Below are positions 54,026 through 64,000 of a stretch of 64,000 nt of DNA, piece by piece (position 1 is the stretch's first letter; each line of letters starts with the position of its first letter). The position numbers and the translations under genes are program-made. Source of the DNA: Camelus dromedarius. Its lineage: Eukaryota. Location: positions 70,682,001 to 70,746,000 of the forward strand of contig NC_087436.1 in the NCBI RefSeq assembly GCF_036321535.1, written 5' to 3'. Below the pieces are notes generated by a model. That model saw only the letters and a list, made by a program, of their open reading frames with translations. It was not told the DNA's origin and ran no database searches.

Positions 54026-57000
54026 GTAAGGAGCTTTTTAAAATTCCGAAGTAAAATTCCAAAGTTAGTTAAACAAATGTGAAAAATGTATTTTTTTAAT
54101 CCCTTATGTGAGATGTATGACTGAGTTCCAAGCATGTTTACCTGTCATCTCGTCCCACTTGTCACTTTCCACCTTCCTTTGCCCTTTCTTTTCTTTTCTT
54201 TGTTTTTTTCTAGTCTTTCTGTTACTGTTAATACACTAATAATGAAATAATGACTTTTAAAAAAAAGCCCACCATGTCTAAAAAATTTCAATCTCAGACT
54301 TCATAAAAAGGAGGTTTGCTTTGTAGTGCTACAAAATGTATTTGCTTTATTCTTGATAATCTGGGATTTAAATTTGAGGTGATAACTCAGTTTTATGTAA
54401 TTTTAAGCCTAATATGGCCAAATGCTGGCGACCTCACCTCTCACAATCAGTGTGTCCATTTGAGTGGGCTCTCGACCAAAGTTCTCTGTTACTGTGCTTA
54501 TCCTCGCATTGGACTTTGACATGATTTCAGATCATTTCTCTGTAGCCCTTCAATAAAAAGGAAAGGAAGTTGGGAATTTGGGGTCTTTTTACGTAATTGC
54601 AGTAGTCAGTGTCATAGTTTAGATGATCCTCTTGCAATTGTATGACTAAGGGGAGAAATAAAATGTCCATTTTTTCTTTAGGAAACCATTTCCAAATCTT
54701 GGTATTTCAATAAGGGTCCGTCATCAGTGCTAGGAGAAAACGTGGGATTTGCTTTTCTTTAACACACACACGTGCACATGCGCACACACATGCATACATA
54801 CACATGCATACATACACACATACCAAAAGCTTACCTCAGTAGCCTTTTGAAAGCACTGCCAAAATGACACTTCCTATGTGAATATTTGCTCTGGATTTTA
54901 CACAGTGTAGCATCCCCTTCTAATGGAATCCCCAGTATCTCATCCTCACATGGGAGTCTGGTTAATTTTTGGTGTCTGCTCTGTACTTGATCATTTTGAT
55001 TAATCATGCATACCTTGTCCTTGAGTGCCAGAACAGCTCTTTATAGTAGATACTTTTGTTCCTATCATGCTGATGAGGAAATTCAGACTGAGAAATGCTA
55101 AGTTATCTTTCTAAGTGTGCGCAGACATATTGGCAAAGGCCAAACTCCTGTCCAAGCCTTTCTGGTTCTTTCCAATTGCTCAGGCTGTCTGATTGTATTA
55201 TTTTTGGAGAACTTGGAAATAGTACAGTGAAGGAAGGCAACTTACAGAATTGGATTTCAGATAAACTGATCCAATAAGAAAAGGCTAAATATACGAGGCA
55301 CATTTAGCTAAAGAGAAAAAGAGTCCAAGGGAGCTTTTGTGACTGTCATCATCCATCCTCAGTGAGAACAGGTATATAGATTTTCTGTTTCCAGTGATGA
55401 CAGAAAAAGAGAGAATGTGTTTAAACTGCAGAACAGATTAAGATGCAGTATGAAAAAGAACAATACATTTACACATTGAATAGAAATGAAAATTTAAAAT
55501 AAACTTCTAGGCTAACTCAAGAGAAAAAAGATTGCCTGATATATTGAAATAATTAAAGTGGTATTTCATCTTGAATTTTCAAAACAAATACCTCAGTTTA
55601 TGTGCGTGAGCATCAGACTTAAAATTTATTAGACATGAATGTATGAAGTAATATTATGGAATCTTCTTCTCTAACGGTTTTTAAGATAAAAAATAAAATA
55701 CCCACTTTTAAGAATGTTTTAAATTTAGTGCTCTCTAGTGTCAAAAGGGATCAAATGAGATCCTGAGAAGGGCTTCTATCTAATTCTTACATTTGATTTT
55801 CAACAAATCATATTTAAACTGTGCTGTTCTTTCACTAATATTTATCACTCTCAACTCCGTATTTCCAACAGGTTTCTCGAAGATAATGTGTGAGATTTGT
55901 TTCTATTCTTTTCTTCTTTCTCTTCTCCCATCCCCACCAAAGCAAAGAAACAGGACTGTGTTCCAACCCAGCAGTTTAGACTATATCTGTGTCACAAGTT
56001 CTTTGTGTTGAGTTCATTATTTGGGACTCTCCATTTGAAAGGTGGCCCTCCTGTTGTTCACCTGGCCATCGTGTGGTGTGGGGTCCATGGATAGAGGGAG
56101 TCATGCCAGAGGATGGGAGTTACAACTTTAATATTTGTGAATTGATTAACTGATTAATTGATTAATTAATTGATTTCACCAATTAGAATTGGTGAAAATG
56201 ATAGCTTGCCAAGATTTTGAGCCACTCAGTCATTTTTGAACCTGCCCAGTAGGCTATGATTAAGGATTGGCTGCTGATCTGTTCATCTGTAAATGCTGTT
56301 ACCTGGGGAAACTTTGAAATACTGTGGTAAAGCTTGTCCTTGACAGTCTCATAAAGGTAGATGCCCCTGACATCTTCATCTTTTTTTTTTTTTTTTTTTT
56401 TGGTCAATTGGAGTCTAGTATCTTAATCCTTTAAAAAAATATTGTGGCTCATTAGCCTGTTTAGATTCATCATGAAGGACTTTTCAATGTGTGTAGTAAG
56501 CTTTTTAAGATTTTTTTTTCTTATTTTCTTCGACCCCTGATTCCCCTTGTTTCTCTTTCAACTAAAGTTCATCTCCTTGGTACTTTCAGTTAGGAGATGA
56601 ATTTGATCTTTTCAGTCCAAACGTAGATATGGACTGAATATATAATATTCAATATAATAAATTCTAAAAAAAAAAAAAAAAAAGACAGTAACATGGGAAT
56701 CCTGTGGAAATCTGGTACAGTTTTGGTGTAGGTGGCCTGTTCTTCAAGAAATTTCATGATTACCTGCCTGGTTTTATCACTTTATTCTGGTTATGATCCT
56801 TCTCCACTTATCTGACTATCATAGGCACCTCCCTTTTGATTTTATTTTCTCATGTTTTGCTAAGTTTTCAATATCTTTGTTATAAGGAAGTTGAAATGGG
56901 TCTTTAAATACAAAATAGTTTTTGTTAGAATATTAAAGCAAGGAAGGGAGGTTTAAGTCTATGTAAAGTGCTCTTGGGGAGGGGATGTTAGAAGTCTTCT

Positions 57001-57440
57001 TGGAAGTAAAGATAAGTCATCCTTTTCTGGAGATGGAATCACAAAACATAAATGAAACCAAAGTTTCAAGGCCATATTATAGTTTAGGAAGTCTCCTAGG
57101 TGTAATCTTTCCCGCTGAGATTATTTGCTTTACACATACAAACTAACCCAGAAATATTTGATTGAGCATCCAGTTTATGGAAAGCTTCACAATTGTTTTA
57201 GTTTGTAGCGATCTCCATTTGGTGTGGTTCTTGTTTTAACTGACCTAATCCCCTTCACTTAGAAGAGAGGAAAACAAATGTGAGGGGAAGATGGTGTAGA
57301 ATTTGAAAAGTCAGCAAAGGAGAAATGGAGTAGATCTAAGACTTTGTCAATGATAATGTGATAGGTTTAATCCATACTGGGAGGTAAGGAGGTCTGTTTC
57401 GTAAAAACTTTCTAAAAACTGTTGTAAATTTCTTTCACAG

Positions 57441-57537
57441 TCTGACTGCCCATACTCAGAAAAAGTTCCAAGTATTAAAATTCCAATGGACATCATGGAA
57501 CAGCAGCCTTTCCTAAGTGATAGCAAACCTTCTGACA
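57441..57537 (+). CDS. SLC4A4: SLC4A4 97-nt cassette exon (included in NBCe1-A/B, skipped in NBCe1-C): [32 protein letters not shown]
   Basis: tctttcacag|TCT...GAC A|gtgagt; 97 nt is not divisible by 3; contains the QQPFLS basolateral-targeting motif. Confidence 0.97.
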
Positions 57538-58452
57538 GTGAGTAGAGCTAACGTCTTGCATGCCGGCTTGAATACAATTTGCACTTGCAGAAAAAAAAAG
57601 GAGGACTATCATCTGCGTTAACTTTCCCTCTATTTTCTTTCTTTCTTTTTTTTTTTTTCCTATGTGAAGATTCACAATTTTATGAAACTTCATTTTTACA
57701 TTCCTTGAGCTTCACCCTTTACCTTCTCCTTTTATTCGTAACTATTTAAGTTCTTGTTTGGTTGTGCAAGTTACCATCTGTTTCTTTCAAATGCTAAGCT
57801 CATAACCATGTCTGTAATTGACCTGCCTTCCCCCCACCCCCCGGTATTCAGCATTGCTTCTAGTTCCACATCACTGTCTGTTACTGTTTGTCTTCCTTAG
57901 GCTTCTACCAGTGACCAAATCAGCTCAAAAAAGAAATTGCATCCTGGGTCTCAGTGATCAGTGAATCGATTGTAAATACCAGGAACTTGGAATAATTTTT
58001 ATCTTCAATTAAATTGGCAATCTTAAAATATTAACACCACTTTTTAGGTATAGCTTACAATATAGTTGCATTTTCTTCCAAGTTGCTTCGTTCCCCTTCT
58101 GCTATTTCGAAATCATCTTTGTAATTGCACTGGTCTTTCTGGGGTCATGGGCCGGGTGGCTAAGGTGAAATGGTTTTTGACATGTCATCTTTTCTCTTGC
58201 AATTGAGTTAGCAGTCCACTTGAAAAGGGGGGAAATTCCTCTGTGGTAACATTAGTGAACATCGCAAGCTTTTCCAGTAGCAAGGAGCAGCTGCTCCAAA
58301 CTGTTTTCACTTTGAGCTCTCATTTGAAGAAAATGTATTCTCTTAGCTCCAGATGCATGTCGGGGTATACTGATCTGTTGTAGGAAAGGACGGCTGAAGC
58401 ACTTGTGTTTTTATTTGACAGTGCCATTTCAGCTTCAGTAAGAGGTTACTGA

Positions 58453-58542
58453 GGGTGAGCGGTACAGCTCAGTGGTAGAGCATGTGTTTAGCACACACAA
58501 GGTCCTGGGTTCAATCCCCTGTACCTCTATTAAAAAAAAAAA
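58453..58542 (+). mobile_element. tRNA-derived SINE (Vic-1-like) with poly(A) and degenerate TSD
   Basis: ggtacagctcagtggtagagc...ggtcctgggttcaatcccctgtacctc + A-tail; flanks taagaggttac / taagagattac. Confidence 0.88.
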
Positions 58543-58591
58543 TAAGAGATTACCAAAATGAATAACTATTTATGAAAAATGGACATATTCC

Positions 58592-59075
58592 TTATCTGTT
58601 GGTGTGTAACAAATTACCACAAAACAACAGCTTTAAACAACAAACATGTATTTTCTCACACAATTCCTAACATTCAGGAAATTTTGGAGCCACAGATTTG
58701 AGTGATTCTGGCTCAAGGTCTCTTGTGAGATTGCAGTTGAGCTCTTAGCTGGGACTGAATCCGAAGACTTGACCGGAGCTGGGGATGTGCTTCCAAGCTC
58801 AATCACAAGGCAGTTGGCAGGAGGTTTTAGTACCTTGGCTCCCAGGCATCTCCGAGGGCTGCCCATGACACGCCTGCAAATCACTGCAGAGATGGAAACC
58901 AAGACAGAAACTGCAGTGTTTGGTAACCAAATCTCAGAAGTGATATACCATCACCTCTGCCATATTCTATTGGTCACACAAACCTACCCTGGTACAGCGT
59001 GGGAAGGATGCATATAGGACATGATTACCAGAAGGCAGGGCACTTGGTGGACCATCTTGGAGGCTGGCTACCACA
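58592..59075 (-). mobile_element. MLT1E/F-like solo LTR
   Basis: tgtgtaacaaattaccacaaaac...taccatcacctctgccatattctattggtcaca...ccatcttggaggctggctaccaca. Confidence 0.85.
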
Positions 59076-59961
59076 CTGGCTTAAAGAGCAAAGAATTAAA
59101 GCCATCTCACTTTTGGTGTCCAACCTGTAACCTGTAACTTGTAACTGAGGCTACTTTATTATTTTCTTTTTAAATTCAAGCTCCCCAAACCATTGTCTGA
59201 TTTCATTTTTCATCTCTGGAACATTAGATAGCAAAAAGAGACTGTGAAAGGAATGCAGCATGTATGTCTTCCGTTGGCATCATAACCTGGCCCAGCTCTT
59301 CTAAGTACAGTTTAAAGACTGCTTAAAAAACAAACAAACAAACAAACAAAAATATCATCTGGAATTTGAGTCTCCTGGGAAAAATCTGGCAAATTGATTA
59401 TTTAGTGCTAGATGTTCTTTGTTTTCTCAAAACCCTTTAAAAGGATACACGGGAAGTAGTGGATGTGAGGATAGAAATTTACTCAAGCAAAATACCCATG
59501 AGCATTGTAAAATCAGAATTTTCTACTATCATATTAGTCTATGAACAAAATTGATAAAGTTGCAGTAGAAGTTCGTTCCTCAGAATCTTTTTTTACCCCC
59601 GCAACAAATAGCAGCAGGACAAAATTGTGAACGCGGGAAATCTGAGGGCAAGCCTTAGTCACTGAGTAGGTGCTCTCTCTCAGAATGAGTTCCTTGCTGC
59701 CTCCTCACTGACGAGAACAGCAGTGGCCCATTCCAGAAAGCCCAGAATAAAGGAAACGGAGTGATTTTGGCTTTATCACACTGCTTAGATTCTGAGCTTG
59801 ATACAGTGTTAATTGAAATTGTCTAAACTTGTCTTTCTTACCCTTTCTGATGGTGAAAGATGCATCCATTTTTGTGAAGACTTTAAAAATTTTGACTCTA
59901 ATGCTGTGCTTTACCAATGACTACTATTTATGATTTTTAAAAGAATTCTTTTTCTTTCCAG

Positions 59962-60041
59962 AAGAAAGATCACCAACATTCCTTGAACGCCACACATCAT
60001 GCTGATAAAATTCCTTTTCTTCAGTCACTGGGTATGCCAAG
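59962..60041 (+). CDS. SLC4A4: SLC4A4 80-nt dual-frame exon: A/B frame (K)ERSPTFLERHTSC* (TGA 60003-60005); C frame KKDHQHSLNATHHADKIPFLQSLGMP(S)
   Basis: tttctttccag|AAGAAAGATC...CCAAG|gtaaag; both frames translated by hand. Confidence 0.95.
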
Positions 60042-60746
60042 GTAAAGGACAGCCTGCTATTTCACGTGGTTCTGCGGGACGATTGCCCCACAGAAATGGC
60101 GTCAACGGCGTGTTATTGGCCGAACGCCCTGTTCTCCACCCTCTCTGCAATTTATCTTAAATAAATTACCCAGTCACCCAACCTCATCCCAGCTTCTACT
60201 TGTAGAAAGCATTCTAAGGGACCTGCTCAGCTTACTCTTAATAATGGAATCTTTCAGCATCATCAAGGTAAAGCCCAGGATCAGAGTTAGCTCCTGTCCC
60301 ATCGGTACCGCCTCTGATTCAAGGGTAGCTGACATTTCCTGGAAGCGCTCCTCCAGTAGTTTTCTCCCCTCTTAATACAGCTCTGGAGATTTCAGATCCT
60401 CCTTGATTTTCAAAACCGTGAAATCTCTGAATACTTTCTTCATGTCAGGCCTCTTGTCTCTGACAGTGTCACCGCACCCCTCTCCCCTCAGTCCTTCTCC
60501 TTGGTTTTTTTTTGTCTAATCTAGGTTTGAGAGCTTATGAAATTTTTGCCTGAATTTCTTAACTCTGTTTGGTACTTTCATCCCATTTTTAAATGTTTGT
60601 TTTTAATACAGAAAAAGGAGATAAGTATTTAAAGAGAGCAAAGAAGGACCCACTTGACTTTTGTATAATGCGTAAACATTTGACAGATGATAAAGGAATT
60701 CTGATTTACTGTTTCCTTTCTTTTTTCTTTTTGTCTTTTTCTCTAG

Positions 60747-60852
60747 TCCTCCTAGAACTCCAGTAAAAATTGTGCCTCATATTAGACTAGAACTTGAGCC
60801 TGAAGACAATGATTATTTCTGGAGGAGCAAGGGAACAGAAACTACATTGTAA
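60747..60852 (+). CDS. SLC4A4: SLC4A4 terminal exon, coding part for NBCe1-C: (S)PPRTPVKIVPHIRLELEPEDNDYFWRSKGTETTL* (3'UTR for A/B)
   Basis: long polypyrimidine tract ...ctttttctctag|T CCT CCT...ACA TTG TAA; completes a 61-aa tail ending in class I PDZ ligand ETTL. Confidence 0.93.
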
Positions 60853-63800
60853 CCTGTTTGTCTTTCCTAAAACTGACAGTTTTTGTTGTTTGTGTTCTTG
60901 TTTTCTATCTGGTGGTTTATTTTTTAAATTTTTGTTTCGTTTCGGGTTTTGGCCACTGGCCAAATAATGCAACGCTCTCTCTGCTTCTCTCTTGCATAGG
61001 GAAAGACAATAGTGCACCGTTCCTTACCCACAGCATCTGAAGTGTCCCATTTTCGCTCTTATACCTTCAGATGTGTCCTCTGACAACCAGATGCCTCTGT
61101 CACTCAAGACACGCACAGACCCTGTCCTTTTCCTTTATTTAAGCAGAGAGGAAAAGTATTAAGGATTTTTTAACACCTTATATTAAAATATTGAAGGAAC
61201 TTCCAACTTGTGCTTTGGAGCTGTGCTTACTGGCTTGTCTTTCTGTCTGGTCGAACAAAGCTTGACCTCCAGACAGGGTCCCTCCTGGCTTACAGCGCCC
61301 TCCGGGACTGGAAAAAGTGCTGCTATTCGAACTTGCTCTTGCTTGTCAACCTGAATCTTAAGAGTTATCACAAGAAGAAAAACTAAAGGTACTTTGCTCC
61401 CTGTAGAGAAACTATTGCCACCACTGTAGCAAGTGTTGGAATGTCCCTTTTTTCCTATGCAACTTTTTTTAACCCTTTAATGAACTTATCTGTTGAGTAC
61501 ATCGAAGAATATTTTTCTTCCTAGATTTTGTTGTTTAAATTATGGGGCCTAACCTGCAACTTATTTTTTGTCAATTTTTTAAACTTTTTTTTAATTACTG
61601 TAAAGAAAATGAATTTTTTCCTGCAGCAGGAAACATAGTTTTGAGTAGTTCTACCTCTTATTTGTAGCTGCCAGGCTTTCTGTAAAAATTGTATTGTATA
61701 TAATGTGATTTTTACATAAACACACACACACACAAACACACACAGATATACCATCTCTAGGGTAAGCCAGAGGGCTAGATCGGACTAAAAACACCATGTT
61801 TCTAAGCATCCATTTTTCCCTTTCTTCAAAAGAAATTTAGCTGTTCTGTGAAGGAGAGTGGGGAGGAGGGGGAAGCTCCTGTGTGTTGGGAATAACTGAT
61901 GTTTTGATAATTGTAGTATCCGGGCACAGACACTGATTGTATTACCATGTTGACGTCCTGTGCAGTATTGTTAGGTGTTTTTTTCATTTTGAAATGTTTG
62001 TGTGTTTGTGTATGTACTCTGTGTGTGGCTGGTGCACATATGTGCAAAGTTAGAAAGAGACAGAGTGATGGTAGACAAAGGGCAAAGTTACCTAGCCTCC
62101 TGTGTCAGCTTCTGTAAAACCCAAACCACGTATGAAAAAATCCATCAGAGGTCCAGGGGACATTATGCAAATGAGGGTAAATATGTTTTATTACCCAGTT
62201 AGCTGTCACCATCACTGATACAATAACCCTTACTTACAATACAAAATCCGTAGGACTATTAATAGACCACTTACACATTTATAAAGTATGGGAGTGCCGA
62301 TAGATCTGCGGAGGTATGTATGTATACCTCAACTATATTCACACTTGTTTTTAAGATTGAACGGCAGTTATTCTTTATGATTGGGACATTTAGAATATAT
62401 AGGCCTATACATATGTGTATATGTGTATTTCAAAGTACCCCATATTGAAAATTAGAAAAAAAGAAAATTATATCCTTATTAACCAAATTTAGCATGTTAT
62501 CTAAATGTAATGTTTTAGTAGGCTGCACTGTGAATTATGAATCTGCATTAAAAACAGCATTTTTAAATGCTGAATCCATAATTTTGGATTCCTATAACCA
62601 TATTTGTGATATATCTTAACTAAGACAAGTTGATGAGTACTAGAAGCAGAATGAAACCACTTATTTTGGTTTCATAATGTGCACATATTGACTCCCACTC
62701 ATCCTAATTAAATTATAATTCTGTTCTGCTGAAATTTTGATGATGAAAGTTTTGTTATTCTAAATTAGCTATTACTTTTATAGTATCTAGTAATCTGAAA
62801 ACTTTGAATTTTATACAAATTAGACATAAATGGCCTACAATTTTTTTCCCTAAAATGAAAGTGGCAAATTAAATGGTATTTGTTAAAACCTCACATGCCA
62901 AATTTTGTCATCATGATTGCATTAAAATGATTCCTCTGTATTACCTAGTTTTTCATTACCTTAATATAAAACTCCATAAGAATCTTCTCCTTTTCCTTTA
63001 CTGATGGAATCATCAATAAAATATTTTAAAACCATGAATAATAAGTTTAGCCTAACCTATGTTCTTGTTAAATTAAAGACACTTTTGTTCACTTCATAAA
63101 AGCTCCAGATGTAAAAATTTATTTTTCTGATCATGAATCAAGTATTTGAGGATTCATGCCCCCATGTTCCTTTTGAAGAATTCCTAAAGCAACTTAACTC
63201 AGTATTTCAACCTTTGAGTACATCTGAAAGCTATCTGCACCTTCATTTACTAGCCATATTCTGTGACAAAAGGTTGATATTCATGATATGAATGCAGAGT
63301 AGTACCTTATATTTGCTAAAAGGAACTGTTAGTAGCAAACCTTTTCAATATTTTGGGACCCAGGAAAGTATTTTAAAAATCATTTACTTTCAGAGGAACA
63401 CAAGTAGTTACCAAACAAACAAACCCCGAGGTCCATACAGAGCCACCGAATTATCTGTATTTTAACTGAATTCACTCATTGTTGAAGAACTAATCAGATT
63501 TTTGGGGTGGTTTTGTTTCTATGTAAACTGGACACAGAATACAACAGTAATTTTTTTTTACAAAGTGTTTCTCCTTGATGGAAATACGGAGATAAAAGAT
63601 GCAAGTTGTTAGAAGTAAAGGACTAAGTATACACTCAGAGTTGTTAACCAGAACCCTGTGGTTGTACAGACTTACTGTTGGAAGGAAAAGGATCACCAGG
63701 TCAAGGGTCTGCTTTATCAGAGCATAAAGGCCTGTGGTTTTGCATTTGAAAGAAAATCTCTTGGAGACACTTTTCCTTGATAAAAGTCAGTCTTCTTTAC

Positions 63801-64000
63801 TGTGCAAAACCACTACCGACTTCGAATACTTATTATTTTGTGTGCCATACTTGGTAGTTTTCTTGCCTCTTCTTCTGGTCAATCCGTGGAGTTGGGTGGG
63901 GAGATGGAGGAAGTCAGAGAAGTGGGAAGACAGCACCTTTTCTAATCAGCCCCCACCACCTCAAAGAACTGGGGCGGGGTGTTGGGGGGGAGAAAAAGAA
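60853..64000 (+). other. SLC4A4: Long 3'UTR of SLC4A4 (end not defined)
   Basis: Follows last stop codon; >3 kb with no interspersed repeat I can recognise, unlike the introns; AT-rich; AATAAA at 63015-63020. Confidence 0.75.
63015..63020 (+). terminator. Candidate polyadenylation signal AATAAA
   Basis: catcAATAAAatatt in the 3'UTR with GT/T-rich tatgttcttgtt ~40 nt downstream; use unproven. Confidence 0.35.

Larger units (their letters stand above)
11751..64000 (+). other. SLC4A4: SLC4A4 (NBCe1) gene, 3' portion (11 exons seen; upstream exons not found in window, 3'UTR probably continues past window)
   Basis: Exons below have AG/GT boundaries with compatible phases and translate to NBCe1-specific peptides ([56 protein letters not shown]). 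Bases 1-11750 are presumably intron of the same gene. Confidence 0.98.

Noticed and set aside
63890..63990. G-rich tracts as a G-quadruplex element
   Set aside because: Irregular G-runs truncated by the window edge; no supporting context.
1..64000. CRISPR array, operon-like or other prokaryotic system
   Set aside because: Clearly spliced mammalian DNA; no regularly spaced repeat-spacer structure or long ORFs.

Overview
AT-rich, CpG-depleted, repeat-rich mammalian genomic DNA, most likely camelid (alpaca/llama/camel), based on three copies of a tRNA-derived SINE of the camelid Vic-1 type. The window holds the 3' half of SLC4A4 (electrogenic Na+/HCO3- cotransporter NBCe1) on the + strand. I read 11 GT-AG exons of 192, 114, 162, 179, 73, 69, 174, 162, 97 and 80 nt plus the terminal exon. 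They splice into one open frame running from extracellular loop 3 to the C-terminus. Both known C-termini are intact: the 46-aa A/B tail (..ERHTSC*) and, when the 97-nt exon is skipped, the 61-aa NBCe1-C tail (..GTETTL*), so the 80-nt exon is dual-coding. Introns contain L1, L2, MIR, MLT1 LTRs, hAT/mariner MITEs and microsatellites. I found no evidence of a new gene or undescribed system. The most unusual items are (1) a triple target-site repeat at 12.24-12.52 kb holding an orphan polyadenylated insert, (2) a tandem NAGNAG acceptor on the dual-coding exon, (3) RBFOX/QKI-type motifs around the cassette exon, and (4) a MER53 hairpin with a miR-1302-like arm. Exon numbers, comparisons to human and repeat-family names come from memory, not from a search, and repeat boundaries are approximate.
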